43,741 nucleotides of DNA, taken from positions 1-43,741 of the forward strand of contig CAZXTN010000006.1 in NCBI GenBank assembly GCA_964643685.1. The letters run 5' to 3'. The notes beneath the pieces are model-generated. The model saw only the letters and a program-made list of their open reading frames with translations. It was not told the origin of the DNA and searched no databases. Below, in pieces: positions 9,619 through 17,545 of this stretch. The translations under genes were made by a program, and so were the position numbers. Origin of the DNA: Candidatus Micrarchaeota archaeon (lineage in GTDB: Archaea; B1Sed10-29; JAJRYS01). Each line of letters begins with the position of its first letter. The first letter of the stretch is position 1.

Positions 9619-9903
9619 ATGGCTGGCAAAAGCAAAAAAGAAGTGAAAAAAACAACAAGCAGGAGCTTGAAGGAATTTAAAAAGCCACCTATTTTTCTGA
9701 AAAAATCAAAAGAAGTTAAAGTAAGGCCAAGAGCAAGCATTGGAAAAGGAGTTGTCATTCCTTCTTTTGAACGTAAAAAAGTAACTTTAGAAGATCTTGA
9801 AAAAGATGTAAAAGAAGCAAGGACTCTGTTGTTTTTAATTCTTGCTTTGACTGTTTCACTATTCGGCTTAATGCTTGGAATTGTTATTAAAATCTTCTTC
9901 TAA
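9619..9903 (+). CDS. hypothetical protein with C-terminal TM helix
   Basis: 94 aa directly after metG; basic N-terminus, hydrophobic C-terminus. Confidence 0.6.
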   Translation: MAGKSKKEVKKTTSRSLKEFKKPPIFLKKSKEVKVRPRASIGKGVVIPSFERKKVTLEDLEKDVKEARTLLFLILALTVSLFGLMLGIVIKIFF

Positions 9904-9922
9904 AAAAAAATCAATTCTTTTT

Positions 9923-10231
9923 TCACTCTGTTTTGTCAAGAACAAGTTTTCTGGCTTTAGCTAAATCCATTGAAAGAGTCACTTCAAGCACATTGTCAGG
10001 CCCGAGATGAACAGAATTAACAAGCCCTGTTTTATTCAAATCAATTTTTTCAGGAACGCTTCCATCTCTTGACATTTGAGAAAGTACGTTTCTAATCAAC
10101 TCAGCTCCGCAGTCATCGCATACTTTAAAAGTCCTCATTAAAGAGTTATCAACAGCATGCTCTTGAATAACCCACCTGTTTTTTATTTTCTTATTCTGCT
10201 TGCAGATTCCACAAATAGGCATGATAAACAT
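9923..10231 (-). CDS. hypothetical protein with Zn-finger motif
   Basis: CGIC...CDDC; start may be 10222. Confidence 0.6.
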   Translation of the reverse strand: MFIMPICGICKQNKKIKNRWVIQEHAVDNSLMRTFKVCDDCGAELIRNVLSQMSRDGSVPEKIDLNKTGLVNSVHLGPDNVLEVTLSMDLAKARKLVLDKTE

Positions 10232-10317
10232 AACTCAAAAAAACTATTTAAACCTGATGCCTTATTTTTAAAATCACAGTTAGTTAAGTTTAAAAAAGCA
10301 AAAGAAGTAATAGGTTT

Positions 10318-11616
10318 ATGGTATTTGAATTAGCATTAGTCGGAATAGTCATATTAATTGGCTTTGCAGGCAACTTGATTTTCAAAAAAACAGACATTCC
10401 AACCATAATTTGGCTCATGCTTCTTGGGCTTTTGCTCGGGCCTGTTTTAGGCTACTTGAACCAAAATTCTTTCCTCGCTGTATCTGATTTCTTTTCAGCA
10501 ATAGCAATAATAATAATCTTATTCGAAGGCGGCATTGACATGGAGTTGTTCAAAATTCTTAAAGAAGCGCCTAAAGGAGCAATACTCACTGTGCTTGCTT
10601 TCATATCAACTATTGTCGTGACAACAATTGTTGTAATGGTAATGGGAATATGGGTCAAAGGAGTCACAATCCTCCACGGCATCTTACTAGGGGCAATAGT
10701 AGGAGGAACAAGTTCAGCTGTAGTTATCCCAATTGTTTCAAAACTAAAAGGCATAAGCGACAAGGCAAAAATGGTGCTATCAATAGAATCAGCATTAACA
10801 GATGTCCTATGCATTGTCACTGCAATTGCAATAATACAAACAATGCAGTCAGGGCAAGCAGAAGTAAACTTCATACTAACTAACATCACAGCTCAGTTCT
10901 CAATAGGAATAATATTAGGAGCAATGATTGGATTAATATGGCTGTGGCTTATGCAGAAAATAAAAGAACAAGAATACTCCTATGTAGTAACACTAGCAAT
11001 TCTTTTCATAATTTATTCAATTGTAAATTACTTGAATGGAAGCGGAGCAATAGCCTGCCTTACATTCGGAATAATACTTGGAAACGGCAGAAGAATCCTA
11101 AGAGGAATAGGATACGGCTCAATAGCCTATGAAATAGACGCTACTTCAAGAAGCTTCCATAAACTAATTTCATTCCTCATAAGAACCTTTTTCTTCGTCT
11201 TCCTAGGATTACTGGTTTCAATACAAAGCCCAATAAACATACTAATTGGAATAATAATAAGCATAGGCATTCTCTTAACAAGACCACTCGCAGTAAAAGT
11301 AATCTCAAAAGGAGAAAAAGAATTCAGCGAACTTGACAAAAAAATAATAGGAGTAATGATGCCAAGAGGACTAGCAGCAGCTGTCCTTGCATACATGCCA
11401 ATAGCAGCACTCCCTTCAGATACAGTTGTAAAATCATTTGCAGACATAGCATTCACAGTCATCTTAATGACTACAATAATAGCAACAGTAGGGACAATTT
11501 ATTACAAAAGAAAAGAAGCTGAAGAAGAACCTAAGAAAAAACAGAAAAAACAAAAAGAAGAAGAGGAAGAAGAAATCCCAAAACCAAAAGTAATCCTGCT
11601 TAACAAAAAAAAGTAA
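10318..11616 (+). CDS. cation:proton antiporter (CPA1/NhaP-type)
   Basis: multiple TM helices; LFEGG, IESALTD, FFFVFLG, MPRGLAAAVLA. Confidence 0.9.
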   Translation: MVFELALVGIVILIGFAGNLIFKKTDIPTIIWLMLLGLLLGPVLGYLNQNSFLAVSDFFSAIAIIIILFEGGIDMELFKILKEAPKGAILTVLAFISTIVVTTIVVMVMGIWVKGVTILHGILLGAIVGGTSSAVVIPIVSKLKGISDKAKMVLSIESALTDVLCIVTAIAIIQTMQSGQAEVNFILTNITAQFSIGIILGAMIGLIWLWLMQKIKEQEYSYVVTLAILFIIYSIVNYLNGSGAIACLTFGIILGNGRRILRGIGYGSIAYEIDATSRSFHKLISFLIRTFFFVFLGLLVSIQSPINILIGIIISIGILLTRPLAVKVISKGEKEFSELDKKIIGVMMPRGLAAAVLAYMPIAALPSDTVVKSFADIAFTVILMTTIIATVGTIYYKRKEAEEEPKKKQKKQKEEEEEEIPKPKVILLNKKK

Positions 11617-11624
11617 AAAAAAAA

Positions 11625-11846
11625 TCAGCGTTTTTTAGGCCTTCCTTTCATAGGCCTGTCATTCTTAATGCCCCTATGCCTGGCACAGCTAGGGCATACA
11701 TAAACAGTTTCCTCATAACCCCTGTGCTTGATTCCTGATTTTTCATCATAAATTCTGAAAGAAGACTTCCTAGTTCTAGTTGCCTTATCAATAGGCACTC
11801 TTCTTCCGCAGTAATAGCAAGTTACTAATTGTGACTTTCCTCTCAT
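11625..11846 (-). CDS. rps26e: ribosomal protein eS26 (S26e)-like
   Basis: VTCYYCGRRVPIDKA...YVCPSCARHRGI matches the eS26 pattern V.C..C.R.VP.DKA...YC.SCA.H; GGAG SD. Confidence 0.75.
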   Translation of the reverse strand: MRGKSQLVTCYYCGRRVPIDKATRTRKSSFRIYDEKSGIKHRGYEETVYVCPSCARHRGIKNDRPMKGRPKKR

Positions 11847-11923
11847 TAAAATTCAACTCCTTTAAAATTAAATTGACTGATTATGTTTTTTAAAAAAAGA
11901 CATTTAAAAACATTTGTTTTCAG

Positions 11924-12943
11924 TTAATTTCTTGCTTTTTCTTTCAATGAATAAGCAGGAATCCCTAACTTACTTTTTACTTCCCTTGCAAACTCTTTCG
12001 CATAACCATGAACAGTGTAAACAAGATGAGGCTGAGCTTGCTCAACATAAGAAAGCAACTGGTTGAAGTCAGCGTGGTCGCTTAAAGGAAAAACCTTCTC
12101 AACACCCTTAGAAGCAAAGGAGTAAAGCGAACCCCAGCCAGTTAACAAAGCAGCTGTCGTCTCCTTTCCATTAAATGAAAACTTTTGAAGCAGTTGCTTG
12201 TTAATCAAATGAGGAGGCGCGACAGCAACAAAAGAAGATGAGTTCATTTTTTCCCTTGCTTCAGGAGAAAGAAACAAACCCTCTTTCGCAACCTCTCCAT
12301 AAGTTTCAAATTCAAGCTTCACTCCATTCTTCACATAAACATTAGAGTACTCAGCTATTTTTGAAGAAACAAAAGGAGCAACTCCAATTAAATTAAGCAC
12401 TTTAATCAGTTCCTGGGACTTTCCAAGAGAATACCCTCCGAAAACAACATTAACCCCCTTCTCTTGCTTTTCCAAAACCCAATGCTTAATGCTTTCAAAA
12501 ACAGCTTCGCTTGAAGGAAAAGAGAAATGAGGCATGCCATAAGTTGATTCAATAATAAGCACATCAGAATTAATAACAGGGCATTTTTCAAACAAGAATC
12601 CCTTGTTCAAACGAATGTCTCCAGTGTAAACAACTGACTTGCCATTGTGTATTTCAAACTGAGATGCTCCTAAAATGTGATTGGCGTTCCTTTGCGTGAT
12701 TGACAAGTCCCCGAATTCAATTTCCTCGTCATACCTGCTTGTTTGCGAATAAAAGCCAGCTAAATCACGCGTCTCAGGAGTCATTAAAGTATCTGCATCA
12801 TGTTTTTTCAAATGATCAGAATGAGCATGGGTAATTCCCACCAAAACATCTTCACTTTTTTCCTTTATTTTTCTTGAAGGATCGAGATAAAGCTTCTTCC
12901 CATCCTGCTGAATAACAATACCTTTATCAAAACTAATTTTCAT
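11924..12943 (-). CDS. metallo-beta-lactamase fold (beta-CASP-type) nuclease
   Basis: THAHSDH, HILGA, YTGD, ESTYG, YSLGKSQE, LSDHAD, VHG. Confidence 0.88.
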   Translation of the reverse strand: MKISFDKGIVIQQDGKKLYLDPSRKIKEKSEDVLVGITHAHSDHLKKHDADTLMTPETRDLAGFYSQTSRYDEEIEFGDLSITQRNANHILGASQFEIHNGKSVVYTGDIRLNKGFLFEKCPVINSDVLIIESTYGMPHFSFPSSEAVFESIKHWVLEKQEKGVNVVFGGYSLGKSQELIKVLNLIGVAPFVSSKIAEYSNVYVKNGVKLEFETYGEVAKEGLFLSPEAREKMNSSSFVAVAPPHLINKQLLQKFSFNGKETTAALLTGWGSLYSFASKGVEKVFPLSDHADFNQLLSYVEQAQPHLVYTVHGYAKEFAREVKSKLGIPAYSLKEKARN

Positions 12944-13129
12944 GCGCCACCAGAAAAAGTAAATCAAAAAAAGTATTTAAACAAAACAGTAGGAATAAAG
13001 AAGTTAGCTTAAAAAAAAAGGTTAAAAAAAAGAAAAAGAGAGTTATGAGGTGCAGTTGAAAAGCACTCTCATTTTAAAAATAATAAAAAAATGGTTTTTT
13101 AGAAAAAAGAAAAAAAAGCTTTAAGGGCT

Positions 13130-14311
13130 TTATTTTCTTTTCTTTTTTCCATTGACTGTTTTTTCAACAAGCTTTTTCAGGTACTCTGTTGTTTCCTCTT
13201 CCTCTTGTTTTTCCCTAAGCTCGTTTTGGTTCCTTACATAGAACAAAGCGCCTATTATTGCAATTAGGAAGATTACTCCCCAGAAACTGCTGCTTCCTCC
13301 TCCAATTACAAGGCCTGTTCCACTGAAACCAATTTTGCTTCCTGAAAAAACAATTTTCTGAGTTGTTATTGTCTCATCACCTTTTACAAAAGACACGTTT
13401 ACTTCCTGCTCATTAAAGCTTGTTGGGTAAACTTTTAACTCAATGTCTTTTGTTTCATAACCTTTAACTGAAAATGAATCGTTTCCAACTACCTTCCAGT
13501 CTTCAGGCAAGTTTGTGAAAACCCAGTTGACATCGTTGATGTCGTAAATCTGCCTGTTTCTTACTCTGAAAGTAAGCTTGTATCCAACTGTCTTGCCTTC
13601 ATCTTTAATTGATTCCCATGGCAAAAGCACTTTGACGCTCAGCCTGTCCTTAACAGAAGCCAAGCCATCTACTTTCAAGTAAACAGGTGCTGTTGTTATC
13701 TGGTTACCTGCTCCTGCTTTAACAGAGTATTCATAGTCATCAACAGGGTAATCGCTTGGAACATGAATCCTTACCCTCACTTCCTTTACTTCATTTCCAG
13801 CCAAGTCAATTGGAGCAGGGTACTCAGGCTTGAAAGATTCAGGTAAATTGCCTTCAATGACAATGTTCCTAATTCTCTCTTTGCCATTGTTTCTTAATAT
13901 GAACCTCAAATCCTGATACTGTCCTTGAACAACTGTCAAGTCGCTGTAAACAGGAGTGAAAGACAAAACAGGTGACTGTTCCTTTACATTCACACCTACT
14001 TCATACTCCTGTCCATTTACATCTAAACTAATAGCATAAACTCCTTCACCAGCTCCTTTTGTAATTACAAAAACCTTTATTGTCTTAGATTCATTTGTTC
14101 CCAAATGAAATAAAGGTTCAGAAACTGAAACTGGCAATTTAGAATCTGTTGTCACTAAAACATTCACTGGAGAACCAGTGTTTGAAATTATGACATCATA
14201 AGAAGGCACTTGTCCCTCTTGCACAGTTTGAAATTGGTTAGGTATATTCACAGTAAGTGAAAATACAGTGCTTACCAAAAGCAAACCTGCTATCACATAT
14301 TTTAAATTCAT
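13130..14311 (-). CDS. secreted Ig-like (NEW3/COG1470-type) membrane-anchored protein
   Basis: signal peptide, repeated beta-rich domains, C-terminal TM helix and charged tail; GAGGTG SD. Confidence 0.7.
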   Translation of the reverse strand: MNLKYVIAGLLLVSTVFSLTVNIPNQFQTVQEGQVPSYDVIISNTGSPVNVLVTTDSKLPVSVSEPLFHLGTNESKTIKVFVITKGAGEGVYAISLDVNGQEYEVGVNVKEQSPVLSFTPVYSDLTVVQGQYQDLRFILRNNGKERIRNIVIEGNLPESFKPEYPAPIDLAGNEVKEVRVRIHVPSDYPVDDYEYSVKAGAGNQITTAPVYLKVDGLASVKDRLSVKVLLPWESIKDEGKTVGYKLTFRVRNRQIYDINDVNWVFTNLPEDWKVVGNDSFSVKGYETKDIELKVYPTSFNEQEVNVSFVKGDETITTQKIVFSGSKIGFSGTGLVIGGGSSSFWGVIFLIAIIGALFYVRNQNELREKQEEEETTEYLKKLVEKTVNGKKKRK

Positions 14312-14344
14312 TTTAACTACACCTCATAATTTTTGAATTTTTAA

Positions 14345-14446
14345 TGTTACTATTTGTAGGTAACAACATTTATATACTTTGTGGTTTATAAAATAGTTGT
14401 GTAAAAAAAGCCTTGATTAAAATTAACAATATTATAATGTTAATTT
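14345..14446. promoter_or_regulatory. two palindromes in the divergent promoter region upstream of the TrmB-like gene
   Basis: TGTTAC-N9-GTAACA (14345-14365) and AAATTAACA-N9-TGTTAATTT (14420-14446). Confidence 0.4.
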
Positions 14447-14480
14447 CGAGTGTTAAAGCTTTATAAATTTGTGTTGCTTT

Positions 14481-15230
14481 ATGGAAAAACATATGAACCA
14501 AGAACTTATCAACTTGCTTAACAGAGCAGGCTTAAACCAGTACGAATCTAAAATTTACCTAGCTCTTCTTAATGAAAAATCAGCAACAGCAAGCGAAGTA
14601 AGCTCAAAAGCAGGGATTCCACGCCCAAGAGCCTATGACGTGCTGGAAAAACTCTCAAAAGAAGGCTTTGTCTCAGTACAACCAGGAAGGCCCGTAAGAT
14701 TCCTAGCAAACCCAGTTGAAGAAGCATTTGAAGCACTTAAAAACAAAAGAAAACAAGAACATTTAAAAAGCCTTGAACAACTGGACAAAATAAAAGAAAA
14801 CCTGAATAAAAAAATAAAATCAATTAAAAAAGACGACTACTTAAACGCTTCTGACTTCGTTTACGTCATGAAAAAAAGAAACAACATAAACTCAAAAATA
14901 GAAGCACTCATAAACAACGCACAGCAATCAATACACATTGCAGGCGAAGAAGAAGAACTAAAAGACAAAATCCTAGCATACGCACCAGTCCTTGAAAAAG
15001 CAAGCGAACGCGGAGTAAAAATACACATCATAACACCAAACTCATCACAAATACAAGAACACGCAAAAAAATACAACGCTAAAATAAAGCAAAAAAAACA
15101 CAGCCACAGATTCATAATAGCAGATGACAACGTAATGCTATTCCTAACACCAAAAAAAGACAACAAAGAAGTAGGAGCATGGATCAAATCCCCTTTCGTA
15201 GCAAAAAACCTAAAAACTATTTTTGAATAA
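14481..15230 (+). CDS. TrmB-family transcriptional regulator
   Basis: GLNQYESKIYLALL, SKAGIPRPRAYDVLEKL, GRP.RF; C-terminal effector domain; start uncertain (14469/14481/14493). Confidence 0.9.
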   Translation: MEKHMNQELINLLNRAGLNQYESKIYLALLNEKSATASEVSSKAGIPRPRAYDVLEKLSKEGFVSVQPGRPVRFLANPVEEAFEALKNKRKQEHLKSLEQLDKIKENLNKKIKSIKKDDYLNASDFVYVMKKRNNINSKIEALINNAQQSIHIAGEEEELKDKILAYAPVLEKASERGVKIHIITPNSSQIQEHAKKYNAKIKQKKHSHRFIIADDNVMLFLTPKKDNKEVGAWIKSPFVAKNLKTIFE

Positions 15231-15279
15231 AAAACACCAGTTCAAACTTTAAATAGCAATAAATACCTTAAATTAACAA

Positions 15280-15351
15280 GGGCTATGATGTCGTGTACAA
15301 CCACTGAACCTCTCAAAAAAAGGTAATGATATTAAATAAACAACTGAGCCC
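15280..15351 (+). ncRNA. box C/D guide sRNA
   Basis: GGGC(T)/(A)GCCC terminal stem; C ATGATGT, 12-nt guide, D' CTGA, ACCT/AGGT hairpin, C' ATGATAT, guide, D CTGA; TTTAAATA TATA-like box ~25-30 nt upstream. Confidence 0.75.
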
Positions 15352-15406
15352 ACCAAACAGTAAAAAACAAACAAAAAAGCACAAATAATTAAAACAAACA
15401 ACAAAA

Positions 15407-15574
15407 GGGCCTGTAGCTCAGTTTCTGCGTCGAAAGCAAAAGTTTCGACGAGCTTTCAGCGCAGCTGAAATGGATCAGAGCGGATGCCTCCTAAGCATCA
15501 GGTCGCGCGTTCAAATTTGCGTCAAAAGTTCTCTTTTGACGAACTTTTCGCAAGCGAAAATCGCGTCAGGCCCG
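15407..15574 (+). tRNA. tRNA-Arg(CCT) with D-loop intron (15424-15470) and T-loop intron (15516-15560)
   Basis: GGGCCTG/CAGGCCC acceptor, GCTC/GAGC D-stem, GATGC-CT-CCT-AA-GCATC anticodon arm, GCGCG/CGCGT T-stem; intron removal restores AGTTTGGATCA and TTCAAAT loops. Confidence 0.92.
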
Positions 15575-15663
15575 TTAGAAAGTTTTTGAAAAACTTTCAT
15601 TAAACACCCTATCTTCGGCTTACGCCTCGATAGGCTAGTTCAAACTTCGAAGAAGTTTGAAAT
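15575..15663 (+). repeat. tRNA-trailer multi-hairpin element, copy 1
   Basis: homologous to 36628-36716 and to the start of 17363-17545. Confidence 0.75.
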
Positions 15664-15687
15664 ACATGTGTAAGGAAGTAATAAAAA

Positions 15688-16014
15688 ATGCCAAATTACT
15701 CAAGGTTCAGAAAAACAAAAAATAGAAAACCTTTCACTTCAGCTGAAATAAAAGAATCAATAAAAAAAGCATTAAAAAATTTAAGAAATAAAAAAGCAGC
15801 TGAAGACGCTGTCAGACATTCTTTGTTTTACCCCTTATATCTAGAAGAAAAAAGAGAAGAAATCATAGAAGAAATGGAAGAAGCTGAAGAAGATGCAGCT
15901 GAAGAAAGGTTTGAAGAAGAGCAAAGGGAAGAGGATAAAGGAAACGATTACCCTTTTTCTTTTATTTCTAAAAATCTGAAAAAAGGAAAAATAAGAAAAA
16001 AGAAATTAATCTAA
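15688..16014 (+). CDS. hypothetical charged protein
   Basis: 108 aa ORF, basic-acidic-basic; no recognisable motif. Confidence 0.5.
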   Translation: MPNYSRFRKTKNRKPFTSAEIKESIKKALKNLRNKKAAEDAVRHSLFYPLYLEEKREEIIEEMEEAEEDAAEERFEEEQREEDKGNDYPFSFISKNLKKGKIRKKKLI

Positions 16015-16941
16015 AATAGTTAAAGCAAGCAAAGGCAATAACACGCTTGCTTCTCCTTCTACAGTAACATAATCAGCATCAGGCTTAACCTTGCCCCATG
16101 AAACTGCTTCCTTTACCCTAGCACCTGACAAGCTACCATCATACTCAACAGCAGTTGTCAAATAAACAGTGTAATCCAAACCATCCTTGAACTGATTCCA
16201 CCAAATAACATGATGCTTAGAAATACCCCCGCCAATCATCAGCGCACCAGTCTTCTTATGACTGAAAACAATCTCCTCCAACAAACTTTCATCTTTGAAC
16301 ACGTCAATTTTAAAATCCTTATAATCCTGCCTGAACATAATCAACTGAAAACCAAGAGCCCCATCAGTTACGCCAGGCAAAAACATAGGCACTTTATTCT
16401 TATAACACCAATAAACAATAGACTCCTCCTTATTAGGCTCGCTTTCTAAAAACTCACCAATCTTCCAAACCAATTCATAAGGAGCAAGCACCTTGTCTTC
16501 AACAGAATCATAAATTTTCTTAAAAATAGGCTGCAGCCTCTTCTCAAGAATCTCACCATAAGAAGAATTAGGAATAAACACATTACCCAACCTATTAATC
16601 CCCTCCTCATGCAGCTTCTTATCATCTGCTTCAAAACTGCCTTCATAATAATCCTGCCACAACCTAGCCAAGTCATGAACAACAGTGCCAGGAGTAGTTA
16701 CAATAGCATCAAACTTCTTCTCTTTCACCAAATCCCTAACAACACTCCTCACGCCAGTTGCAATAATACACGCTGGAAAACTGAAAAAATTAAAACTCTC
16801 CTCATCACCCTGCATTTTTTTTAAAATATCCGAAGCAGTAGCCAGCTTCTTAGCAGTAAAACCACCAACGCCATGAAACTGCTGCATTAAATCAACAACA
16901 GTCATGTCTTTTTTAAGTTCAATATCTTTCACAGTTTGCAT
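16006..16941 (-). CDS. dys: deoxyhypusine synthase
   Basis: INRLGNV, TDGALG, GGGISKHH, DGSLSGARVKEAVSWGK. Confidence 0.95.
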   Translation of the reverse strand: MQTVKDIELKKDMTVVDLMQQFHGVGGFTAKKLATASDILKKMQGDEESFNFFSFPACIIATGVRSVVRDLVKEKKFDAIVTTPGTVVHDLARLWQDYYEGSFEADDKKLHEEGINRLGNVFIPNSSYGEILEKRLQPIFKKIYDSVEDKVLAPYELVWKIGEFLESEPNKEESIVYWCYKNKVPMFLPGVTDGALGFQLIMFRQDYKDFKIDVFKDESLLEEIVFSHKKTGALMIGGGISKHHVIWWNQFKDGLDYTVYLTTAVEYDGSLSGARVKEAVSWGKVKPDADYVTVEGEASVLLPLLALTILD

Positions 16942-17065
16942 TTCAAAACAACTCCCTCTAAAAACTTATTTAAAAAAAATCCAATACAAGGAATTAATTA
17001 AGAATTAATATAAATAAAAAACTTAATAAACTAATACTAACAACAAATAAAAACACGAAAACAAA

Positions 17066-17110
17066 GGAGCTATAGTATAGTGGCAGTATGTCACTATACC
17101 TAAACAGCTC
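17066..17110 (+). repeat. upstream duplicate of the tRNA-Trp 5' end, folded into a hairpin
   Basis: 17066-17089 matches 17127-17150 at 23/24; followed by its own complement TGTCACTATAC and AGCTC. Confidence 0.8.
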
Positions 17111-17126
17111 AAACTCACAACAAAAA

Positions 17127-17362
17127 GGGGCTATAGTATAGTGGCAGTATAGGTGGCTCCAGAGAAAAACTCTTTGGAGCAATGAGCGTGTAAAACCACG
17201 CGATGATGACGGAGACACCACCAGAGCAGGGTTCAAAGCAGCCGTATCCGGTTGGCGGGCTGAGACGACGTTCACTTCCGTTCAGTCGTCTTGTTTTCTT
17301 TTCAAAAAAGAAAAGAAGTCCGCTTTCAACGGGATATGGCAGTGAAATTCCCTGTGGCCCCA
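17127..17362 (+). tRNA. tRNA-Trp(CCA) with 37/38 intron (17163-17216) and T-loop 59/60 intron (17238-17348)
   Basis: GGGGCTA/TGGCCCC acceptor; GGTGG/CCACC anticodon stem; BHB helices CTCC/GGAG and TTCA/TGAA with 3-nt bulges. Confidence 0.92.
17163..17216 (+). ncRNA. intron-encoded C/D-type guide for tRNA-Trp C34 2'-O-methylation
   Basis: TTTGGAGC-A-ATGA: the fifth nt upstream of the D-like box pairs with C34; GCGTG/CACGC hairpin then ATGATGA; same arrangement as known euryarchaeal tRNA-Trp introns. Confidence 0.7.
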
Positions 17363-17545
17363 CTAGAAAGTTTTTAAAAAACTTTCATTAAACAGACCAC
17401 GCAAGGTGGTCTTTTTCAAAAACAAGTTTTGAAATATTTTGCCGAAGGCAAAAACCTTTTCAAACTTCAGAAGAAGTTTAAATGAGAGCACTAAGCGAAG
17501 CGCATGTGCTCTGTTTAATGGACTTTGCTTTTTTAAAGCAAAGGT
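17363..17545 (+). repeat. tRNA-trailer hairpin element, copy 2, expanded and with a 15-bp inverted repeat
   Basis: TAGAAAGTTTTTnAAAAACTTTCATTAAACA shared with the tRNA-Arg trailer; IR 17386-17400 / 17506-17520 (14/15). Confidence 0.7.

Noticed and set aside
17066..17110. Split (trans-spliced) tRNA half, also considered for 36083-36103
   Set aside because: A complete gene follows, the fragments pair with themselves, and no BHB half or partner is visible in the window.
16994..17391. ORFs over the tRNA-Trp and tRNA-His loci (shared PPxGYGCFEP peptide with 36119-36385)
   Set aside because: They are antisense translations of the shared T-loop intron, not proteins.
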